Of a DNA stretch of 64,000 nucleotides, positions 39,176 through 58,936 are shown piece after piece. The notes beneath the pieces are model-generated. The model was not told the origin of the DNA, did not search any database, and was given only the letters and a program-made list of their open reading frames with translations. The DNA is from Gonapodya sp. JEL0774. Lineage: Eukaryota. Position 1 is the first letter of the stretch, and every line of letters begins with the position of its first letter. The DNA is taken from the NCBI GenBank assembly GCA_027604505.1, contig JADIIX010000033.1, forward strand, positions 1-64,000, given 5' to 3'. The translations under genes and the position numbers were made by a program.

Positions 39176-40252
39176 TCATTCGAACGCTCGAGCTAGCCCT
39201 GACCTGAGTGCTCCTCCCATGTCCCAGCTAATGGTAGCCAGGAGGAGGCTGCAGAAAATGAGGCTGAGTCCAAATTTGAGTCGCGCATGTAGGCGGGTGT
39301 TCATATGGTGGGATGGAAGGGGTTGGTACAAGGTTATCAGGGCAGAAACCGAGTCGTCATCGTCTCCAACAGCCTCCACGTCTGCCACCCGTCCCAACAA
39401 CCACACCATATTGAGTAGTTGACCGGAAACTTGTGCACGTGCTTGTGACGTTCCGTCCTTGATGCTCCGACACTGCATCCAACGTTTCCTATAGCTCGGG
39501 TGAAGTCAAAGAGTATTGTTTCCCGTTCTCCTCTTCCTCCTTCTTTTGCATTCTCGACACATGCAAGCTTTTGTGACCACTCACGTGCCAACCCCAACTC
39601 CAACCAATACTAATCCTAGCGCTGCGTCTGCTACCATCCAACCGAATACCCGTTGGGTCCAAGTCTGTACATCTTCCATGATCCAAAACACCCTGGGGAC
39701 CCCCCATGTTGCCAGCCAAGCCGCAGCGGAGCACGCGAGCAGCGTGATAACGACGGGCGTTCCAAGGAGGGCACGGATACCCGGTTGGGCCAACTGAGTT
39801 CCCAAAAATATGGACGCAGCGATAAGTAAAGGAAGTTCAATATAGAGGTTGAGGGAGGTCAAGGCCGCAAAGAACGCAAAAGGGAATCGCAGTATCGGTA
39901 TGTAGAAGAGAGCATAGAAGCTGGCGAACGTCCCCGCGACAAGGGATGGTATGAGCGCCGGGTCCGTAGTGTACGTAGCGTCGAGGGAATCAAGAGCAAC
40001 GTGTACGGAAGACCTGCGACGCGGGCGAACCTTCAAAGGGGAACCTGTGAAGGGTGACGTCGTCTTGGCACTGTATCGAAGGCCTGAGGAATCCTTGAAA
40101 TCTGTAAAGTGCAAATCATCTGGACTAAGCGGTGGAGGGTGCATAGAGCCGGAAGCACGGCTGGGGCTGCTACCACCACGACGGGGTCGCAGTGACGAAA
40201 ACGAGACGAACGCTCCCTCCTTCGATGAGCCCGCAGGCTGACTACGGCGCAT
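39176..40252 (-). CDS. Hypothetical multi-pass membrane protein (2 exons)
   Basis: ORF 39581-40252 joins ORF 39176-39478 in frame through a GTGAGT...TAG intron. Several hydrophobic segments. No family recognised. Confidence 0.65.
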
Positions 40253-40463
40253 AGATCACAGTTTGAGAAAATAGCTCGCAAATCGTTTTGAGAAGGTTGG
40301 GATGTTTGAGGCTAAGGAGCTGCTGGGCCCGCACAAGGACTTTGGAGACACGTGATAATCGAAGAGTTCCAACTTGCCCGCTCTATTGCCCACAGACAAT
40401 AATTAATAACATGGTGCATATCAAGCTTGAGTGTACATTTTGCTGAAGCGAGTTATAAAAGTC

Positions 40464-42739
40464 TCAGGGTAACCCTAGTCGTTCCCTTTCCCGCCTCGTT
40501 TCCTCCTCACTTGCAAACCTCCCGACTTCGTAATACTCGGGATACCTGGAGATCAACTCATTAATCTCTCTTTTCTGCTCTTTCAATCTGGGGGTCAACT
40601 CTGCGTACACGTCCTCAAACATGTAGGCCATAGGTGGCTTCGACAGCTTTTCAGCTGCAACAAAGACCTCCAGCACATCCCGCCGAACTCGCTCCCTCAA
40701 GCCCGTTTCTTCGTCCTCACTCCACCACGATTTCCTCTCCAAATACTGCCGGAACCGCGACATTGGCGAGTCAAACCTTTTCCAAGCCTCGACTTCTTTC
40801 TTTTCGCGATATGCCGATGAGTCATCCGATGTGCTGTGGTGTGATACGCGGTATGTCATAGCCTCCAATAACACCGGCGTCTCTTCAGCGATTGCAAGGT
40901 CACGCGCGGCCTTGGTGGCGCTATACACAGCCTAACATTGAATCACATATCGCAGCATGTTGAGTGGAGATGATGAGTGTACATAGCTGGGATCGAAAGG
41001 CCTTCGGACTCACAAGCACGTCGTTCCCATCCACACGAACCGTTGGTATTCCATATCCAGGACCGCGCGCAGCTGCATCGCCACATAAACACAGATTACA
41101 AAGATGTTTCGGTGACAAGATAGGAGACCGAGACCGTCCCGCGAAAAACTACTCGTGAGAAACTAGAGATACGAAAGCCTCAACCACAACATTCATTAAC
41201 CAACCTATGCCATCTCCCCTGTATTGCTCGTTTGCCGGTGTTGAGATCGCGTACCCATTGTTTCGACTGAACATTCAAACAAGTCCAACAGCCTCAGTCA
41301 AAATCATCCCACGTGAGCCCCAGTCACCACACCCACCAGATAAAAACTACGGGGGCACCCACTGTTGATGCGATATTCAAGGCAGCGTGGAAATCGCCCT
41401 CGCTTGCCGCTCCTTCGCCAAAGTAACACGCGGCGACTGCAGACTTTCCAGCCCTCTTCAATGCATATCCTGCACCCGCCGCCTGCGGAATTTGCGTCGC
41501 CAAGGGGCTAGAAATGGTTTGGAAGTTCGCCGCGCGGGAGCCGTAGTGCACGGGCATTTGCCGACCCTTGTTTACATCAAGAAGGTTGGCGGTACACTGG
41601 TTAACGAATGTAGAAAGGGTCACACCACGATGTAGGAGTACACCAGCTTCGCGGTATTGACTTGAAGATATTCGATGGTTTTGTGTGAGCGTGTTTGGCG
41701 TTTTGGGTGGCAATGAGACCCCTGCCCGTAGGAACAAGTTCAAAACAACAGTTACGTACCCGAATATTACATCGTCCATTGTAAGTGCTTGAGCAGTGCC
41801 AAAAAGAGTGCCTTCTTCCCCGTAATCTTTGCGAAACAATTCACATCGTTTGTTGACGAAATCACGGTCCGAAACTTCAGCAGCCAAAACTCACGTGTCA
41901 TGTAGAACGATATTCGGCCCTGGCGCTGCGTGTCATAAAGACTGCAACAGGTGGGATGAGGAACACCAGATGACAATATTGGCGCGTACTTGGGCTATTC
42001 CGCTCTCCGGAACTTACATGTTGTCCATTGTATTGAGAATAACCATATTCTCGTAAATTTTGAGGCACTCTTCCTTCGTGAGCTAAAATCCATCAAACAG
42101 TGCCCGATACCGCCATCATATCAATTTCCAGCTAATTTGGCAATGTTTATCGGAACTTTCTGTACTCACCAGAGGGTCCTTTTCTGGATCCGCCACCTTC
42201 CCATCCGGGTCCATGACTCTGAAGGTAGGAATAACCGGAAAAGACCGTATAATATCAAGTTGCTCGATAAATCTGGAGTCCTTGACGCCTAATCGGTGTT
42301 GGGTAGTTCGTGTTTTGGGATTCCCCGCATGTCTCCCGGCAGAAACGAACCACTAATCCACTGAATCTGTGGAAGAACTCACCAGGGTAAGGTGCCTTCC
42401 TTTTATCTCGCATCTGGTGGTTATCGCAAGGTAAAGTGACGGCGGATTGGCCCAAATGCCGTGCAATTCAATGTTCCCCATTTAGTACGGTAGCATTCTC
42501 CTTCCCGGAACAGAACAGACTCTAGAAGAAACGAAAATCGTCACCTTCATGTGATATTGATCCATCCTGTCGATGTACGAAGAGCTCCCCACTGGTGGAG
42601 TGAGAAACGGGACGGGCGGCGCCGGTTTGGAGGACTGCCGTCGCACTGAGCAGGGGGACGGGCGAGTTCCGGAAAGGAGCTGGGAGGCTCGAAGTAATGC
42701 AGAAGCACGACGCGGGAAAGGTCGGATTTGACTGGACAT
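40464..42739 (-). CDS. BCKDHA: Branched-chain 2-oxo acid dehydrogenase E1 alpha subunit, multi-exon
   Basis: [60 protein letters not shown] and [17 protein letters not shown], plus an Arg/Ser-rich presequence-like N-terminus. Confidence 0.96.
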
Positions 42740-43360
42740 TGATGGGGACAGTTGTAATCGCACGAATTTAAAGTGAGCATCGGCAACCCTTGCACAAATG
42801 ACCCTTGCAAAGCTGCTAATGATGAAGGCGCGGGGTAGATTTTGGTTCTCAACCGGCTTCTGGCTCAAACAACTCCAATCAACCTATTGATGACTTTGGA
42901 TGCTGTTGTCAGCTCGAAATCAACTATAACACTTCTTTGTTCCTTGTGCCAAACATCGGTTCTGTGGACTGCATGTGGTCTCAAGCGGTGTGAAAGTAAC
43001 CTTGAAGGTACGAAATAAATTCCGCTCTTTTGTCGTAAAGTGAGGTGATATGAAACGAAGGTTGTCAGCCTCATTCACGAGGAAGAGCGTCTCTCATCCC
43101 GCTCGTGCTTTCCACTAGGCGCCTCCACTTTACTGAGGCACGAAAGGCTGTAGACACTTGCTAGCTATAGTATCGGCCATCACATTTGAACAAATTGTGT
43201 AAGGAACCTAGGAACCGTTTTCCGGGACCACGGAACCTCGCAAAAACCAGTGGTTCCGTCCTTGACTGACAGAAGGCAGCACCCCAGAGTGAAATCCAAA
43301 CGCCACCCATCGAAATCCTCAGCCCCTACCCTCACCGTTCTCATAACACGAGCTCCACAG

Positions 43361-49228
<5,868 letters not shown>

Positions 49229-49371
49229 TTGTTATGTCGCACAACCTGGCAATTTTCTTCTTCGTTTGTGGAACCTACGTATCTTTTGTATGCTTGCTGG
49301 AGCATTGCATTGCATAGAGCTAAATTAGCCACTCATTGTCAATTCAATATTGGGTTCCCACGCAACAGAGT

Positions 49372-51204
49372 CTAGTAGATCTTCCAAACTGCGATCCTGC
49401 CATCCTTAGCCCCACTTGCCAAGAGACTGTTCCCACCATCGCCCCATTGCCCGAGCCCACTCTTCCCAACAAAAGCTAAACACCCGACACCTTCCATGTG
49501 ATACCTGAGTACTGCTAAAAGTTTGAGCCGCAGATCTCCGCCGGGAACTCCTTCCGACCCCTTGGCTGGTGCAACTCCAAACACGCGCACTTTGCCATCC
49601 CAACATGCAAACGCTGCTAGACGGTGGTCAGGTCGTATTGCGAGATGAGCGACGCCTGGCCGGAAAGAGTATGAAATCTTTGGGTCAACGGGTGATTGAT
49701 TGTTGAGTGGAGAACAACTCGTGTGCAGCGGAGTCTTGGAACGCATTCGCCGAATCAGTATTCAACAAAAACGCGCCTTAATAGAATTTAAGTTACCAAA
49801 GAGTTGACCTCAGAAACAAGCGACCATGTCCACACTTTGTCTTCCGGAGCTGCTGATGCGCAGATGCCTGCTAAGAGTGTGGGAGTGATGTCAAGTGCAA
49901 GAACTAAGAAAATAAAAGGCAAATGAGATTACTCCCTTTTCGACGAACAGGAAATCAAATACATCTACTGACCAGGCTCGGCAAAGAATTTATGTCTCCA
50001 AACAGTCTCAACTTGTGCTTGTGCAGTCTCTAACGTCGGCTGACTACCGTTCTGCAATGGAACAGGGAGAACTCTTCGGACAACAACCACACCGGATTCA
50101 TAGCCAGCACAAAGATGAAGCGGAGGAAATGGACCGGTGCCGCCACTTTGTTCCGTGCAAAGTGCCAAAGGGGAAGGCACGAGGCGGACACACATAAGCA
50201 TGCCTGCAAGTGCGTGGAAGCTTGAAGACATAATCTTCAATATTCTTGAGTTTGAGATAACTAACCGTCTTGATTTGTCGACGATTCAGGATCCGCTCCA
50301 AAATGCCGTTTCACAAAACCGATTCCTGATACAAGAACTCGACCGGACTCGAGGTGAACAATGTCACACGCATTACCCGAGGAGAGGGTGGGAAGGGCCG
50401 CCAAGTGCGAGAGTCCTTTGGGGGCCGCAACAGTCTTTGACCATAGCGGAGTGATCTTGTTATGATTGATTGCACCCACCTCGCCCGTTATCGGTTTTCA
50501 AAGTCACCACGCTCATCTTACAGAAGCTAACACCGTTCGCTGGGTACTCCTTCTCACATTTCGGTTCGGAGTCGCTCCGCGGTCCATTGCGGTTTGAAGA
50601 GATGGAGTAGGGATCCACTTTTAATTCTTCTACCGCATTGTCTCTTGCATCCTCCTCCAGTTCACTTCGATACATTACTGAAAGAATGTCCATACCGCTC
50701 CAAATTCTTAACGCGGAGTCCCGACCTTGGGTGATGAGCTTTCGTCCATGATTTCTCTCTGCCAAGGGGGATGGGGAGTCACGATGGCTGATGCCGATTG
50801 TCGCTTCCAAGGTTTCTATCGACAGGAGAGAGCCATTGTGCGCTCTCCATTTCCTAAGTATCCGCCGAGTTCGAATTTCCCACAGTATAATCGTTCCTGA
50901 CAGATCCCTGTCGCGGGAATAATGGTGTCAAAGAGCTGAAGACATCTATCTCCGAGCGTGAAGCTCTTCATTCCTCTTCAAGCAGCCGCACTCGGGTTTC
51001 TATTCGTCGCATCATTAGGCTCCATCGCACAGCACCACTGAGCTTTCTTCATTCCCGCGATTCACTCACCCACCCGCTCACCAACAAGTGCTCTTCACCA
51101 CCCACAAAGTGGAGGCATGTTACATCCGTGGTATGTCCTCGGAGAACGAAAATGGGATCGGGCGGTGGTGGCCGTGTCCGCTTGTCAGTTGAAGCAGCAG
51201 TCAT
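49372..51204 (-). CDS. ASA1: WD40 protein Asa1/GNB1L, multi-exon
   Basis: N-terminal PPPPDPIFVLRGH, LITQGRD, AGYESG, IRPD...ACWDGKVRVF and C-terminal LASGAKDGRIAVWKIY. Confidence 0.82.
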
Positions 51205-51797
51205 ACCTGTCGGAGCACTCCAAAGTCATAATGTGCATTATGACATCAACACACATGACCGCTGCACCCGAGCTACACCACCCTCCAGAGTACGGACACG
51301 TTTCCTTCATACTCTTCACTACTGTTCCTCCTCCGACCTTCGCGGTTACTCTTAAGAACACAGGTGAGTTGACAAACTGTGCGCAGACCCACCATCAGAG
51401 GGCGGCAAACTGCACCAGGACACACAATTTCTTAACCATCGGGACGCCTAGGACTATCCTCTCGCTACCAACGATGATGTATGGTATCTTTACTCTCCAA
51501 AACATTGCAAATCAGAACTGGTTCAGAGCATATCTCTCATACCAACATATCAGTACAGTGCAATAATTGCGTCGCGTTTCTGGTTACTGTCCCTAGAAGC
51601 ACCGAACTTCTCAACAAGGAGTGCCGGCCAGACCGATATCAGGTCTTGCTCCGGATTCACAAATTCATTCATTTGCTTATGTACCTCTTATGCACTCTCG
51701 AAATCTTCGAGGATCGCAAAGCGAACCCACCACACAAGTGGGATAATTGATCATGGGACAATAATTACAATGTCAATTTATAACAGAAATCGCAAGT

Positions 51798-54700
51798 CTA
51801 TCGCCGAGTCTTTGTCACAGATTTCATTCTCATCCGCGCCATCTTGGCACCACTATGAGCCGCCTTTATGACGCCCCTAAACTGCCCAGCTGATTTCGCG
51901 GACTTCCCCCTGTTAACCATCGAGGAGCCGAAATCAGTCAGGGAGCGAGATACAAACAGACACAGCAATCCTCCTCACCTCTTGCCAACGATTTTGGGGT
52001 CCAGCGGGATGTATGCGTACGGGTCAGGCTTTCCCTCCCGTTTTATATCACCGGCTGCACGCTGAGACATAAACTGTTCAAATACCCAGTTCATGTTGGC
52101 AGAAACGGCTGATAGCAACTCACTTTTGCTCTGTACTCCTTCCCCGGTGCCTCAATTTTTGACCGTTTCCCCAATCTTGGATCTTTATGGTCATTTGTTG
52201 GTTTGTCTGCCTCTTCATCATCCCAACCAGTCTCTTCGTCCTCATCTCGACCACGCTTCCGACCGGTCGCGAACTTCATCTTTCCACCTGGTGTTCGTTT
52301 CACTGCACCTTCGCCTTCCAAAGCCTCCATGTAAATACCCTCGCCTGCATTTTCCTCGTCTGATTCTATATCCTCTGCAATTACAAGCTTCCCTTCATCA
52401 TCCACTTCAAATTCATCCATGTCGTCGTTCGCCTGCTTTTGCACTCGTCCACGTCCTTGTCGGGTCGGATCTCGAGTGGTGACGGCCCTGGAAACCGCCC
52501 TTGGATCGAGAAGGTCGATCGCTGCAGGTGCGTCTACATCGGAGCTATCGTCTGACAGAGCGTCCTCATCGATCCAAATGCCAGACTTCCCAGGTGCCTT
52601 TTTGTCCTTGAAGGTTGATAAATGTGATAGTGTTGAAAATGTGCATCTTGACAAACGCTTCTCACCTCAAGGGACACACTCTTGAATCTCTCCGGAAGAT
52701 ACTTTTCGTCTCCATCACTCTCACTGTCGTCACCGTACATTGCATCCTCGAAACCTCCTTTCCCGGAGGCTTTGAGTGCCCGATTCTTTTTGGTACGCTC
52801 CTTTTTCTTCTTGATGTTCTGCATCAACTTCTTGTCCTCTTCTGGAACGAAACCTTCGACAACTTCGAAGGAAAAGCGTCGACATAACAACTCTAGTACA
52901 TGACGGGACCGAGAACGAAGACGAGAAGAGCGATCGCGAGAGTGATTGAGTAGAGACAGAATCTGAATGTATTGCATGGAAATCAATGTTAAATGATTCG
53001 AGTTGATGCCCTTCTGCAATACTTGCGCTATATCACTTACTATGGCCTCAAGATGTTCTTCGAGTCGCTCTTGTGGCAATCCTGTAATGACAACCTTAAT
53101 GAAACCGATGGCACCCTTTGCCACCTCAGCGCTCTTGGATGCCGCAAAATGAAGAATTGTGGGAATTAAGTCTTTAACCAGGGCAGGGGGAAGATCCTCT
53201 GCAATGCGAAGAAAGTAATGGGCCACTGGGGAAGATGACCACTTCCGTTTTGTATGAACGGCAAAATACATACCTTTGAACTCATAGAAAAGACGCGCAA
53301 CACTGGCAATAGCTGCACTTTGCATGTGTGGTGAGGCACCTGCAAGGCCAGCTACTGCCATCACAAAGTACTCCGAAATGCTAACTTCGCCCTTGTACGC
53401 AGCACCAGTGTCCATCTCATCTCCATCCACATCGCCACGACTTTGCAGCTTCGCCAGAATTGACCCGTCACTGATCATCGCCCCTGTAGCGGCTGCAATT
53501 CGCCCTCCGTCGAGCATCTTTCGACCCATCTCAACAAGACAGTCATAAGCAGCATGTCGCGATCGCTCGCTGGGCTCCTTAGTGCCCAACATGGCTTCAG
53601 ATAGCGCCATCGGTACAAAGCGAAGAAGCATTGCCCGTCCAGTCTCAGAATCGGCGGGTGCAAGCCTCGCCGCTGCCAACGCAAGCAATTGCAAACGTGC
53701 TTTCCGAGCAGCGGCCGCACAAACTTGGACAGCCTCCGTGGAAACAAGCTGGTCCATGAAGGACCCGATGTCGGGAATAACAGACGCGGTGGGACGAGAT
53801 GCAATCGGATTCTTTGGGTATGTCAACTCTATCAAGGAAATCAGCGACCGGTAAGATTTCTTCTGCAGTGATGGATCTGGATCCGCGATTTGACGCAAAA
53901 GAAGAGCAAAATAATCCGCGAGACCTGGCTCGACTAGTGCAGGAGCTCCATGATTTTTGATCTCAGGAAGGTAATTGACAACCACTTCCGCGAGATCCAT
54001 CATTGCGTGAGCCCGGGATGTGGAGGGGCGAGAAGCCGAAGCAGCGATATCTTTAGAGTGATAATCATGCAGATTTTTCAAAAGTGTGGCGAAATAGTTG
54101 GCTGTGTCCTGTTGTGTCAGAGTGACATCAAGCGAATCAGCAATACATATTCTATTTCGGGGACAAACGTAACAAATCACTTACTTTGCCATCCGCAATA
54201 TTCAAAAAGCTCCGGATGGCTTTTTCATAGTACCTCTTTTCCCTCTCCGCCTTCTCATCACTGGCACCTGCCGCACCCTTTTTCCTACCCGCAACATCCA
54301 CGGCCGCCTCAGCAACTTCCACAGAGCCCATGAAATTATTGCAAAGCGTGCTGAGGAAGCGATTTGCCAGGCGCCGCACTTCTGCGAGATTGTCTCTAGC
54401 ACTCACAACGATTTCATCTGGTAGTTCAAGAGTTGAAGAATTGACAGCAGAAACGATCGCATAATTTCCATCCACGATGTTCGCCAAAGAAGCACAAATA
54501 AAACCACGAAGGTCAGGAGCCGCCGCCAATCCCGGGTATATCTGCCCAATCGGGTTCTGGAGCATCTTGCCCAAGTGTGGTGCGAGTGTGGAGAAGCCAC
54601 CCCCAGCGACGTCTCGCGGCATTGCAGCCGTCAGCCCCGGCAAAATAGCCCACACTTGTGTGCCCAAAGTTTCAAAAAGTTTGGCCTCAATTTGACCTTC

Positions 54701-57375
54701 AGATGGCCCTGAGCGCTTCCGAGGAGCCTCATCTGAATTGTCCACCAGTTCCGCAGCGTCACCCTGAAGATCCTGATGTCGCTGCCAAAATGTCGCCGAC
54801 TTTTCAAACAGCTTTTTTGCTAAGGGGATCATTTCACGGTTGTAGTACGCCAGCGAATCTGGGCCAAATACAAAGTCCGATGTTACAGGCCGGTTGTCCT
54901 TCAGCTCTGACGAGGGGGCATGGCACGACGAGAGAGATTTGGCAACGGTATGAAGAAGGTATGGTCGAGGAGGTTGCATAGGATCTTCGCGGTCCATGTT
55001 GAGAGGGGCCAAAGCTAGGGCACGTTCAACACCGACGGCTCTGACTGCGAACTCGAGTGCTCGCTCGAGAGGTTGCTTGTGGGAGAAAGAGGAATAGGAA
55101 GATGAATCGCGAATGGAGGTGATGTGGGTGAAAGTTTGCGAGAGGAGCGGAAAGGATGCTGTGCCGAGTCGCTGCGTACGACAGGGACCAAACTCCGTTT
55201 ATCAACGCAATTGAAGGTCGAACACGATTGCTCAACTCCTACCTCAAAAACTGCAGCCACCACCATCAAAACTCCTCCCCACGCCGTCCTAAACCTTGTC
55301 CCCATGCACATCTCAATCAACTTGCCCACATCGACAAGTGCCTTGGCCCTGCCCGACTTCAGTGCATCAATCATTCCTTGCGTCACACCGCCCTTCACCA
55401 TATCCACCGCCGCTGCAGCGGCAGCAGCGATGGTCTCTTCCCGCGTTTCCGAGCCGCCCATAACGTCCCGCAACAAACCCGTCAACGCTTGTGTGAACAC
55501 TTTAGGGTATCGATCTGCGGCATGACGCAGGCCCTCGTCTTGAGCCCCGCTTTCAGGGTCGTCGATGCCCATGGCCTTTCTTGTCTCCAGTTCTTCCATC
55601 TCCGCCTTCTTTGCCAGCACAATAGACTGGGCCAACCTCACAACGCTGCCTGATACAAGTTCAATCCACTGGCCAATGAGAATAGAGTCCGACACCTTGG
55701 GCCGCATCTCCACCACTGCCCGAACCGATTCATCCAAAAGCACTACCTCAGCAGGCGACGGGCCCGTGACCGACTCGTCCGCCGCAGATGCAGCAACAGG
55801 CGGACACAAGATTGCCGTCAGGACCTTCAACACCGCCCCCGATACCACTCCGTCTTGGTCCCCGATCCGCCCTGGCAAGGACAACAACGATCTGACAAGA
55901 GCGTTCAGTTTTTCCCGTGAAGCGTCGTCGGGCAAGACTGACCGGCGTGATCGGGAGGGGAGGAGGATTGGCAGGGCAGAGCGGAGTAGGGCAAGGCAAT
56001 GGAGGTGTGCAGATGTGGAGTCAGATTCGTCGTCAGAGTCATGCTTGCGGTGCTTCTTGGGGATAGAGTTGGGGGCGGAGGGTGCTTGGAGAGGGTTAGG
56101 GGAAGTGAAACTACTGACAGACTACCGCAACTCACCTCCCTCCAACACCCCCGTTGCCCATTCCAATATCGTTCCCACGGCAACCGGGTGCACTCTGGCG
56201 GGTTTTGGCGGTGTCCCGACCACCTCCACCACGCATTCGACAGCTTTCCGCCGGACTTTCGGTCGGGGGTCCAAGGTAAGGTGGAGAAGGACCGTGAGAA
56301 GGCGCTTCGGAGTAGGATGATGGAGCCAAGTTTGCGGGGAGAGAGAGGTGAGGAGGCGGGAGAGGCAGGGCATGGTCTGGTCGTAATGGGAGATTTTATT
56401 CTAACACTGAACTGTACTGCACACACTTTCAAGCTCACCCATCGGACAAGAGGTCCATTTGCAAGATGTGCCTCCAACAACTCAGCCAAAATTGTTGATA
56501 CTGCAGGGAACTTAATTCGGAGGACGGAGGAAGGGACACTATAGGGGTTCCATCACACAGGGGACAAATCGCTTTGAAATAAGAGCAACAGCTTCATCCG
56601 CATATGGGTTCACATCCCAACAACTCACTGTGAGAATACGATGGAGAGCAAATACACGATAGCCGCGAGAAGGTCCTCATCTGAAGATTCTTGTTGGTGG
56701 TCGAGGAGTGTCATCTAATCCCACAGGGTTTCGAGATTGGACAATCGTGAGTTCGAGCAATATTCACAAGAAGTTGAGCGATTGATGATGTCACGACCGC
56801 CTCGTGAGCCCACTTCACTCAGGTCTTGAACAACCTGGTATCCTTCTTGACGAAGCAGCCTGCAGCTGCCTTGAACCATTATACCACACGGCACGGCACG
56901 ATCCATCGGTGATATGTCCAATAAATTCTGTACCACCGCCGCAACAACAGTATGGATACCTACCAATGATCCAAAGTATGCTGTCGCGGTTGGCACTTCA
57001 TTCCGTTCCGCGATAGTCTAGAGTTCACAAATAAGTACGGAAGATAATGAATGCAGGTAAATCAGGGACGCATGAACCAGATTTGCGGTTAGCTCGAACC
57101 TGATCCACTGCAACCAACAATCCCGCTGCCTTCCTCTGATTCTCCAATCCAGAATTCGACTGAGAGCGAACTTTTGCCAGCATCGGAGCTTCTGCGATCG
57201 AGTCGCTCGCCGCGGTGGTCGCTTCCCCGTTTAAGTCCGCGTCCGTTTGTGCATCCTCAATGACATCGTCGGCGACAAGAGCTGAAGATGGTTTCACGTC
57301 AACTTTTGACACAGATGCAGATGGCGCCTTTGGTGTCGCAACCGGTCGTGCTTTCTTTGTAGGTTTTGTCGTCAT
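51798..57375 (-). CDS. RRP12: Ribosome biogenesis protein Rrp12, multi-exon
   Basis: PTATAYFGSL, LDPRPKVRRKA, QKKSYR, AGLAGASPHM, LLCRRFSFE and C-terminal GKEYRAKRAAGDIKREGKPDPYAYIPL. Confidence 0.92.
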
Positions 57376-57600
57376 GTTTCTTTGCTGTGATGTTATGGGG
57401 ACGGTGCTATGGAAAGGAGAAAACATGCACCTAAGTCCGATAATTCTCCGAAGGGAATCCGAAAACAGTCCGAATTATATCGAAAGCAGTTACAGCGTTG
57501 TTCTAGCATTGAATTTCACGATTCTTTGCCGCTGTGAACTAATTGCAACAATCAGTTCTCAGTTCCGAAATGCAGATTTTACCGCCTGTCAGGACACTCA

Positions 57601-58900
57601 TTAGTTGCAATGTTTCTCCATCCAAGACTCAGAATTCAAGCTCACCGGCGTGCTTGCAGACTTTCTGAGATCCTTGATCACTTCATCGGGCTGTTCCAAC
57701 ACAGGAAAGTGCCTGGAAAACACCCGATGGTCAGCGTGTCACTTTGAGCATTAGTGAAAGCAATTCCGATGCCACTTGCTCGCCTGCCACGTTCAAAGAT
57801 TGGCCATTGTACAAGATTGGGACACCAATACTTTGCCCATGATTTGCAGGGAGGGATCACTTCCCACGGGAACACAGCACAGCCCACCGGAACGGTGATC
57901 TTAGACGTGTAGATTTGTGCGTCAAGCTTCCTATGTAAATGGTAGTGGTAGATTCGAAAAGAGGATGTGATTGAGTTGCTGATGTAGTAGATCATGACTA
58001 CACAGAGCTCGATTAGAACACGCCAATAAAGCATGGTATTCGTCAACGCACCATTTGTGAGGAAGTGGTCAATCGAAATAGTGGATGAAAAGTCTCCATC
58101 TCCATCCCGTAAATCAACACATTCGCGCTGCAAGGATAGATGGAATGTTATTAGAAAGCACAAAATAGAGTTGAGATGCGTAACTGACAAACTTTTCACC
58201 GATCCAAGCCATAAGACCGATAGGACTGTCACCGACAGCGAATCCAAGTGTCTGTGGTCGTGTTGACTGGATATGTATGTATCCGCTACCGTCCTCCATG
58301 TTTTTTGCAAACTTTTGCATTATACTGAGCTCCTCCTTGGTAGGTGGGTCAACTTTGTCATCATCAGGCGGTTAAAAAAAACTCAACACATTGAGCTTTG
58401 AGTAATTATTTGAGTCAGTATTCAAAGGCGGAAGACCTTGGTTGCAGTGAGCTCCATACATGAATGCCCTTACATGAATTGGGGAATTGCAGAGCAAGAG
58501 ACTATAGTTCTGTCTGTTACAGTAACTGACATAGCAAATCTTGCCACAACAAATTTCACCTTCGAGATGACGTTGCCCCAATCAGTGCCGACGGATAGTA
58601 ATGATGTAGAGCTCTGTGTGGTCCAAGGAATCCATCTCTTCAACTCACGGTAAGATGAATAACCAATAGTGTTCATTAACTTGTTTAATACCTGCGCCAT
58701 TTGGAACACTCCAAAGTCGCGCACGGGAGCGGTAGACGAGAAGCCAAAGCCGACGAGAGGCGGGACAACAACATGGAACGCTGGATCCGACGGAGAAACC
58801 GGTTGCGCCAGAGGCTCGATCAGGTGGACAAACTGGAGAGAGAACTTTATTCATTGAACCGGCTGTTTGAACAACACGACTGCTAACCTCTAGAACGGAT
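57601..58900 (-). pseudogene. Microsomal-type epoxide hydrolase, 5'-truncated and disabled
   Basis: AFHVVVPPLVGFGFS, GTDWG (nucleophile elbow), GYIHIQSTRPQTLGFAVGDSPIGLMAWIGEKF, VPVGCAVFP and HF..LEQP. In-frame TAA at 58372-58374, one intron apparently ending AC, and no HGWP motif or N-terminal domain found. Confidence 0.78.
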
Positions 58901-58936
58901 GGATTGAGTGAGAATGCATCCTGCCCTGCCGCCTGA

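Noticed and set aside
55124..56544. Long plus-strand ORFs opposite RRP12
   Set aside because: Antisense shadows of a GC-rich coding region with no recognisable motifs.
58372..58374. Stop-codon reassignment suggested by in-frame stops here and in the 66-bp array
   Set aside because: Intact genes in the window end in TAA, TAG and TGA and show no internal stops.
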